Source: Minisyncoccota bacterium
Lineage (GTDB): Bacteria; Patescibacteriota; Minisyncoccia; Phycocordibacterales; JBAYLF01
Assembly: GCA_041664205.1 (NCBI GenBank)
Contig: JBAYLF010000003.1
Span: 7,349 to 71,348 of the forward strand
Direction of reading: 5' to 3'
DNA length: 64,000 nt
In this document: in pieces, positions 58,165 through 64,000 of the stretch
Position numbering within the stretch: position 1 is the stretch's first letter
Layout of the letters: each line of letters begins with the position of its first letter
Program-made: the position numbers and the translations under genes
The notes under the pieces: model-generated
Databases searched by the model: none
Told to the model about the DNA's origin: nothing
The model's input: only the letters and a program-made list of their open reading frames with translations

Positions 58165-58195
58165 GAAAAAACCGCCATTTCAATGGCGGTTTTTT
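58165..58195. terminator. bidirectional rho-independent terminator
   Basis: A7, CCGCCATT-tcaa-TGGCGG, then T6. Confidence 0.65.
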
Positions 58196-58207
58196 ATTTA
58201 TTAAATT

Positions 58208-59833
58208 TTATTCTCTGTTCTCTTTATTATAAGAGATCTTTTCCCAAACTGAGTTGAATATAGGTGTAGCATTTTTTGTAGGAACTTCACCAATATTTGT
58301 AGCGAGTGTATTTTTACCTACTTTCTTTCGATAAATTACATAAGCTATAATTGCGCTCCATAAAGCCAACATTGCCATAAACAATCCTGTCTTTATATTA
58401 TCTTCCAATCCTGTATAAGGAACTTGGCTTAATGAAACGAATTGGGATGAAGATGGTTGCTGATACAATACAGTGCTTTGATTAGTATTGATGTTTGTAT
58501 AGCATGTTCTAGTAATTGATTGATTTCCGGAAGTTATAACTAGAGTTGCAGTTTTAGTTCCGTAGGTTGGATAACTTTTAGTTATTGATGAACCACTGCC
58601 AGATAAGTTGTCAGTTCCATACCAGTAGTAACTATAGTTTCCAGCTCCACCATATGCTGCTGCGTTCCAAGTTACATTTTCATTAATATTTGGATTTGAA
58701 TTTGATGCAGAGCATGAACCGTTTAAAGTTTGATCAGTGTAATACTGTTGCTGAACATAAACTGAACATGTTCTTGTAACAGTTTGATTTCCATCGCTGA
58801 TAGTTAAAGTAGCATTCTTTGTTCCATATGTTCCATATTGTTTACTTAATGAAGATCCATATCCATAAAGACTATCGTCACCACTCCAGTAATAAGTATA
58901 GTTGCCTGTGCCTCCAGAAGCAGAACCATTCCAAACAACAGTATTGCCAACATTTACTGTAAATGGATTTGCATAACAACTTGCTTGAAGCAATGATGGT
59001 AATGGTGTTGGTGCAGGGTTTACATAATTTGGAGTATTAAATGCAAGAACAATGCTTGCGTTAGAATTATTATTGTTAGTGTTTGTTGGATTGTTTGCTA
59101 CAACAACATTATTATTATTTGTAGCAACGGCTGTTGTATTACCTCCTGTAGTTCTATTTGTTACAACATTGCTTCCACCGTTAGAATTTCTAGAGTTTGA
59201 ATAGTTAGATAAGAAAGGAAGACTTATAGAACCTGTTGAATAATAAGGTTGGGAGTAAGAAGAGCTACAAGAACTACAATACTGATCGTTAAAGTCATCG
59301 TAATAAGAATCAAAATCGTAAGAATATCCAGAACCATAGGAATCATAGCCGTAATCGCTATAGTCTGTATATCCATAATCGCTGTAATCAGTATAACCAG
59401 TGTAATCTCCATAGTCGCTGTAATCTGTGTAACCATACTGACTGTTTAGATTGTCATAGTAAGAACTAAGATCGTCTGAATAATTACTATAATCTGTGTA
59501 GACAGAATTATCATAATTACTGTAATCGGTATAACCGCTGTAGTCACTATAGTCTGTGTATCCGCCATAGTCGCTATAATCTGTATAACCTCCGTAGTCG
59601 CTATAGTCAGAATATCCACTGTAGTCACTGTAATCTGTGTAACTACCATAATCACTGTAATCAGAATAGCCACCATAATCGCTATAATCTGTATAACCTC
59701 CGTAGTAGCTGTAATCGTAATACTCTTGAGCGTTTACTGTATTAGATGACGCCGCAAAAATAATTACTAACCCCAGCACAAAAACGGTTTTTAAAAACTC
59801 ATTATTAAAATTTTTCTTAAATATTTTATTCAT
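58208..59833 (-). CDS. secreted Tyr/Asp/Ser-rich repeat protein with two PKD-like domains and a C-terminal anchor
   Basis: Signal peptide, then about 160 aa of GYTDYSDYG-type 9-aa repeats, an N/T-rich linker, two PKD-like modules (NxTVxWNxSASGGxGNYxYYWxGxD...GTKxATLxIxxGNQxxTRTC), and VPYTG followed by a TM helix and an RKK tail. Confidence 0.7.
   Translation of the reverse strand: MNKIFKKNFNNEFLKTVFVLGLVIIFAASSNTVNAQEYYDYSYYGGYTDYSDYGGYSDYSDYGSYTDYSDYSGYSDYSDYGGYTDYSDYGGYTDYSDYSGYTDYSNYDNSVYTDYSNYSDDLSSYYDNLNSQYGYTDYSDYGDYTGYTDYSDYGYTDYSDYGYDSYGSGYSYDFDSYYDDFNDQYCSSCSSSYSQPYYSTGSISLPFLSNYSNSRNSNGGSNVVTNRTTGGNTTAVATNNNNVVVANNPTNTNNNNSNASIVLAFNTPNYVNPAPTPLPSLLQASCYANPFTVNVGNTVVWNGSASGGTGNYTYYWSGDDSLYGYGSSLSKQYGTYGTKNATLTISDGNQTVTRTCSVYVQQQYYTDQTLNGSCSASNSNPNINENVTWNAAAYGGAGNYSYYWYGTDNLSGSGSSITKSYPTYGTKTATLVITSGNQSITRTCYTNINTNQSTVLYQQPSSSQFVSLSQVPYTGLEDNIKTGLFMAMLALWSAIIAYVIYRKKVGKNTLATNIGEVPTKNATPIFNSVWEKISYNKENRE
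59250..59730 (-). repeat. in-frame tandem repeat array, 27-bp unit, about 15 copies (encodes the YTDYSDYGG repeats)
   Basis: Units such as GTATCCAGAACCATAGGAATCATAGCC and GTAATCGCTATAGTCTGTATATCCATAATC recur on the + strand. The many short I/T/V-rich ORFs at 59224..59676 are repeat artefacts. Confidence 0.7.
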
Positions 59834-59920
59834 AAAAATGATTTAAATTCCTTATAATTCTTCCCGCTAATTTCTTAAAATACTACACCACTTTGCAAAA
59901 AAAGTCAATAGCGACGCTCT

Positions 59921-60571
59921 TTAGTTTGATTTCCCCACAAAATCAGCTTCTATAACATATCTTTCCTGCTTTTCTCCGAAAGTATTGCATGTTGAAAGCG
60001 TAAGCATTGCATTTCTAGGTGTTAGATCGACAAAAGCCTTATTAGAATCAACCAGGGAAACATCTCTTACTTTATATAAATAAAGCTTACTATCCGAATA
60101 TATCTTTATTTCACCACCACTTTTTAGATTTTTTAAGTTATTAAAAGTTTTATAAGCTTGATTATTAACAACTTTAATTCCAGTTGAGTGGCCAAAAATA
60201 AACATATTACCTTCCCCAACATATCCTGATCCAGGATATCGAACTGCTCCTTTTTTCAATTCTTCATCAAGGTAGCTTATATCCTCTTGTATCGGATTTG
60301 AAACATAAGAGTCAATTCCAATAGATTCTATAACAATACGCGTAGGCAATGATTTTGGAATAGGGGTATTTGTTTGACTTCTATCTGATAGATTACTTGA
60401 ACTATCGCTTATACTCTCAAAATTAAGAGATATTGGAACAAATCCGAGCATATAAAGAATAACAAAAGAGCTGAGAAAAACCAGATTAAAAATAATAGCA
60501 AAACCAAAAGTATGCCAAGAAAAAAATTCCTCCTTAAATAGATTAAATATGCTTTTATTCTCAGTATTCAT
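59921..60571 (-). CDS. sortase (class A/E-like transpeptidase)
   Basis: N-terminal TM, catalytic His in MFIFGHSTG, LTLSTC (TLxTC Cys motif) and a conserved Arg in RYVIEA. Confidence 0.8.
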   Translation of the reverse strand: MNTENKSIFNLFKEEFFSWHTFGFAIIFNLVFLSSFVILYMLGFVPISLNFESISDSSSNLSDRSQTNTPIPKSLPTRIVIESIGIDSYVSNPIQEDISYLDEELKKGAVRYPGSGYVGEGNMFIFGHSTGIKVVNNQAYKTFNNLKNLKSGGEIKIYSDSKLYLYKVRDVSLVDSNKAFVDLTPRNAMLTLSTCNTFGEKQERYVIEADFVGKSN

Positions 60572-60696
60572 ATGTCGTGATTATACATTATATTTACATT
60601 TAAGTCAATACGAGCACGACAAGCTTTGTTTATCTTTATTTGACAAAAAATCAATAATATACTATAATTTCTAACAATAAAACTAATTATTTCTTC

Positions 60697-62019
60697 ATGG
60701 AAAACAATAATTCAAACGAAAAAAGTCAGGCATTTAAAAGAACTTTGGTTCGATCTTTTGCAATATTAATAATGGCAGTGATCATTATTTTTGGTTGCTT
60801 AGCAATTGTAAGAATTGTTCCTATAGTTTTTAATTCTATTTCAGGAGCAAGCACTTCCCTATCTTCATTTTTTGGATCAAAAGAAAAAATAACTCTTTCA
60901 GTTGAACCTAACCAAATAAAATCAGGGGAAGTTTTTAGTTTATCTTTTACTCATTCAAACAAAAATAAAGACGGCGACTATTATTTAAGTTATGGATGCA
61001 AAAACGGAGTAAGATTAGAAAATCCTTCATTAAGTAAAAATGCTTTATTCTGCAATACTCCGATAAAGTTAGGCAATTTAATAAGCAACAAAATATCATT
61101 GAAAGGATTTTCTGTAAAAGAAAATTCTGAAATTCCTCTAACACTAAGCTTTATTCCTCAAGGAGAAAATAAAACTTCAGTCTCTAAAGACATATCAATA
61201 ACGATACTTAAGGGTAATGGCGTAAATGTTTCTTCAAAACAAAATACTAGCACTACTGCGCACAATAGCGGTCCTGCAAATCTTTCTGTGCGAATATTAA
61301 ACACTGGAGTAATCGATCAATATACAAATCAGTTCGTTGCAAGATCTTTTAATAATACAGATAAAGCGGCGATCCAATTCATAGTAGAAAATTCCGGCGG
61401 AGAACCAACGGGAATATGGAGTTTTAAAGCAACTCTTCCAAGCAACATAGGGCAAACTTATGAATCTCCTACTGAGCCTTCACTCGCTCCTGGAGATGGA
61501 ATTCGATTTACACTCGGATTCAACGGAATCGTAGATCAAAATCCTGCTGTTGTAACAATTACTATCAATTCAGACAATGCGGGTGCAAACAAAACAGCAA
61601 CAGCTGTATTGATCAGAAACAGTTCCAACAACACAGTAATCACAAATAATTATTATTCAGATCTAAGCATAAGAATCTTAGATACAGGAACTATCAATAG
61701 ATATACAGAGCAATATACTTCAAATTCATACATAACTAGTTCTGATAAAGCAGCAGTAAGATTTGAAGTTTCAAATCTTGGGGGGCAAAATACTGGAACA
61801 TGGAAATTTAACGCAAATATTCCAACCTCAAATAATCAAACTTATAGTTCTTCTTATCAAAATTCAATGGCACCAGGAGAAAAAAGGACTGTTATTTTTG
61901 GTTTTGATAATTTAATAAAAGGTTCGAGTAATATTTATATAAATCTAAATCCTGATAATACTGTAAACGAAACTAACCGATCAAATAACTCGGCACAAAC
62001 AACTTTGTTTGTTTACTAA
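60697..62019 (+). CDS. membrane-anchored protein with two CARDB-like repeat domains
   Basis: N-terminal TM. Internal repeats LSVRILNTGVIDQYT...ENSGGEPTGIW and LSIRILDTGTINRYT...SNLGGQNTGTW, with a C-terminal DNTVNETNRSNN CARDB-type ending. Confidence 0.55.
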   Translation: MENNNSNEKSQAFKRTLVRSFAILIMAVIIIFGCLAIVRIVPIVFNSISGASTSLSSFFGSKEKITLSVEPNQIKSGEVFSLSFTHSNKNKDGDYYLSYGCKNGVRLENPSLSKNALFCNTPIKLGNLISNKISLKGFSVKENSEIPLTLSFIPQGENKTSVSKDISITILKGNGVNVSSKQNTSTTAHNSGPANLSVRILNTGVIDQYTNQFVARSFNNTDKAAIQFIVENSGGEPTGIWSFKATLPSNIGQTYESPTEPSLAPGDGIRFTLGFNGIVDQNPAVVTITINSDNAGANKTATAVLIRNSSNNTVITNNYYSDLSIRILDTGTINRYTEQYTSNSYITSSDKAAVRFEVSNLGGQNTGTWKFNANIPTSNNQTYSSSYQNSMAPGEKRTVIFGFDNLIKGSSNIYINLNPDNTVNETNRSNNSAQTTLFVY

Positions 62020-62035
62020 TAATTTCATAAAAAAT

Positions 62036-62066
62036 CGCTCTGGTTAAAACCAGAGCGGATTTTTTA
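62036..62066. terminator. bidirectional rho-independent terminator
   Basis: CGCTCTGGTT-aaa-ACCAGAGCG followed by GATTTTTT, with an A-run upstream. Confidence 0.65.
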
Positions 62067-62081
62067 GATATTCAATAAATC

Positions 62082-64000
62082 TTAAAATTCATTGATATTT
62101 ATTTTCACACAAGTTGGATATTTATGACTAACATCAACAATGGAACCGTTATAAAATGTTCCGCTAACACATGTTAATTTAACTCCACTACAAGTTTGAT
62201 TAGCCCCTACAGTTCGCGATGTATAAAATATTCTTGATTCTCCATCTGCAACTGTAACTCCACCCCTGGTGCAATTTTGTATACATGCATTATTTCGACA
62301 GCCGTATTCGCACTCTGTCCATAATGTATCTTCGCAAAGTTCATTTTTTTGATACAAATTTCCATCTTGGCAGAATTGATTATGACTACATGCACTTATT
62401 GTAGCGGGCAAGCATTTTCCATTTTCACAACCATAAAGACAATCTTGAACCTTTACTTCAACGCATTTGTCATTCTTTTTATAAACATCTCCATTCTTAC
62501 AAAAATTAGAGTGATCACAAGTTGGTATATTTACAGGACAGCTACCATCAGAAAGATGCTGTTGACCATCCTCACAAGGCACACAGAAAGGACTGTCTGG
62601 ATCAACACACTGACCTTCACATATTACATTTGGACCCAAACAAGCATCTGCAACATTAACCGATGGACATCGAATAGACACTGTCTGACCTCCAACTGCC
62701 TGATACTGACGATAAGATTTAGTAGGATCATTTAATGCTTGATTTATTGAAGAAACAGTTACTAACATTGTTTTGTTACCCACTTCATTATATACAATCG
62801 GTAGAAGCGAAGTAGTTTTAGAAATTGTTGAACTATTATATCTTTTATTAGCAACTGTGCCATAAGCAATATTTATTATTTGATTTTTAAGATTATTAGC
62901 CAATGCAACAAAATCAGAATCTGGGCTTGACCAAGAGTAAGCATAAGTATGACCATTATACGCCAAACCTCCGCTTGCCTGTGCACTCCATGTAACATCA
63001 CTACCCTTTACTATAGAATTTCTATCTGGGAAACATGCAACTGTAAGAGGAGGAATATATATTGCGGCATCAATATTAGCGCAACCTATACCCATACTAC
63101 CATTAAGATAAGTTACTATACTGCAAGTAACACCGCCGCCAAGCCAGCTATTACATTCTGTCAATAAAGTATTAATATTTATGTTTCCATTAGTATATTG
63201 CTGTAATGCGTAAGTAAAATTATTATCTATTCCTGTGCAACAACTAGTATGACCCGCAAGTCTAACAACAAAACCAGATGATTGTGTTCCGCCTGTAAGA
63301 TTTACTATAGATACTTTGCAAGCTGAACTTGTAACATTATTAAATGTAACTGTTGCTGTATATGTTCCATAGTTACTATAAGCCTTATGAACAGATACAT
63401 CACTATCGTAACTTCTAATTCCATCAAAAATCCACTTATATTGAGGATTTTTTACTTGTGGATCTGGGCTTACTGCCACTGTCCATTTTACATTAACTGG
63501 AAAAGTTGTTGTTCTAAAAATAGGAGCATCTGGACTGCAAGTTACAGTGACCGCATCAGTAGTTGCTGCCTCTGCCTTCCTCATAGTAATAAGTTTTTCA
63601 ACTGAAGCTAAAACTTTATCAAACAAAGTCGGTGATTTAATTGATACGGGCGATGTTGCCTTATTAGAACTTCTTATGATTGCCTCGTATGGAGCGTATC
63701 CTACAAGATTTGCTAATAAGCCATTTTTACCTTGGCTTATTGCATTGCTAATCATAGTAAGAGTAACAACATCAGCTGATTTCATTGCACCTTTAAGAGA
63801 TAAAACTGCTTCATCTTTTTTATTTTGTGCACTATATGAAGCGGCAGAGAAGAAATCTATCCTACTAGCTGTGCTGGCTCTTTCGTTATCCATGATTGTA
63901 TTATCGCTTGCTGCCAACTCTTTTGCTTTATCAAAAAACCTTAGTGCTTCTGTAAAATCTTTATTGTTAAAGTAAGCCATTCCCGCCCACTCATAAGCTA
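62082..64000 (-). CDS. large secreted protein with TPR-like N-terminal region, PKD-like domain and C-terminal Cys-rich (EGF-like) repeats; partial, its 5' end lies beyond the window
   Basis: The reading frame stays open upstream of the listed ATG to the window edge (..AYEWAGMAYFNNKDFTEALRFFDKAKE is TPR-like). Other elements: KWIFDGIRSYDSDVS...YTATVTF (PKD-like) and repeated CxxGxC...C modules at the C-terminus. Confidence 0.6.
   Translation of the reverse strand, partial: AYEWAGMAYFNNKDFTEALRFFDKAKELAASDNTIMDNERASTASRIDFFSAASYSAQNKKDEAVLSLKGAMKSADVVTLTMISNAISQGKNGLLANLVGYAPYEAIIRSSNKATSPVSIKSPTLFDKVLASVEKLITMRKAEAATTDAVTVTCSPDAPIFRTTTFPVNVKWTVAVSPDPQVKNPQYKWIFDGIRSYDSDVSVHKAYSNYGTYTATVTFNNVTSSACKVSIVNLTGGTQSSGFVVRLAGHTSCCTGIDNNFTYALQQYTNGNININTLLTECNSWLGGGVTCSIVTYLNGSMGIGCANIDAAIYIPPLTVACFPDRNSIVKGSDVTWSAQASGGLAYNGHTYAYSWSSPDSDFVALANNLKNQIINIAYGTVANKRYNSSTISKTTSLLPIVYNEVGNKTMLVTVSSINQALNDPTKSYRQYQAVGGQTVSIRCPSVNVADACLGPNVICEGQCVDPDSPFCVPCEDGQQHLSDGSCPVNIPTCDHSNFCKNGDVYKKNDKCVEVKVQDCLYGCENGKCLPATISACSHNQFCQDGNLYQKNELCEDTLWTECEYGCRNNACIQNCTRGGVTVADGESRIFYTSRTVGANQTCSGVKLTCVSGTFYNGSIVDVSHKYPTCVKININEF

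Noticed and set aside
59250-59730. Possible CRISPR array suggested by regular 27-bp repeats
   Set aside because: The repeats are contiguous with no unique spacers, lie in-frame within a long secreted-protein CDS, and encode YTDYSDYG units. No cas genes are present in the window.
1-64000. Alternative genetic code (UGA=Gly, code 25, as in some CPR lineages)
   Set aside because: Long essential ORFs (rpoB, rpoC, dnaE) are uninterrupted under code 11. TGA is used as a genuine stop at 23247, immediately followed by a rho-independent terminator. TAA and TAG stops are used elsewhere.

Overview
This 64 kb window is low-GC (about one third G+C, judged by eye) and gene-dense, read with the standard genetic code. 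TGA is used as a stop, for example at 23247 directly ahead of a terminator. It is dominated by information-processing and housekeeping genes: pyrG, guaC, typA, hisS, a UvrD-like helicase-nuclease, rpoD, dnaG, rpoC, rpoB, trmD, a KH-domain protein, rpsP, rnr, smc, rnc, a nusB-Nudix fusion, rpmF, rnhB, dnaE and thrS. It also carries a MacAB-type efflux operon with an AbrB-like regulator, cell-envelope genes (SdpI-like, DedA, MscL, polysaccharide deacetylase, DsbA/thioredoxin-like), and a 3' cluster of large secreted/surface proteins beside a sortase. Several features point, by inference only, to a reduced-genome Patescibacteria/CPR-like lineage. These are the truncated rpsP-KH-trmD cluster lacking rimM and rplS, a short ThrRS, a short SMC, large multidomain surface proteins and a sortase. 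Most intergenic regions contain clear rho-independent terminators, many of them bidirectional. The stretches most worth a second look are: (1) a small operon of two paralogous CxxC..CxxC mini-proteins with near-identical leaders flanking a Cys-rich acidic protein (22.8-23.9 kb); (2) a GC-richer gene with its own consensus promoter and terminator inserted into the ribosomal rpsP-KH-trmD cluster (38.7-39.6 kb); (3) a tandem pair of diverged paralogs that keep a perfectly identical 56-nt leader and a conserved C-terminal tail ...LYA(V/A)AA (17.3-18.3 kb); (4) a G8/A7 homopolymer sitting exactly in the spacer of a near-consensus promoter for a 1379-aa surface protein, a candidate phase-variation switch; (5) two GC-rich, highly structured intergenic elements bracketing pyrG; (6) a twin GC-rich palindromic hairpin element upstream of trmD. 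No rRNA, tRNA, CRISPR array or obvious mobile element was found.
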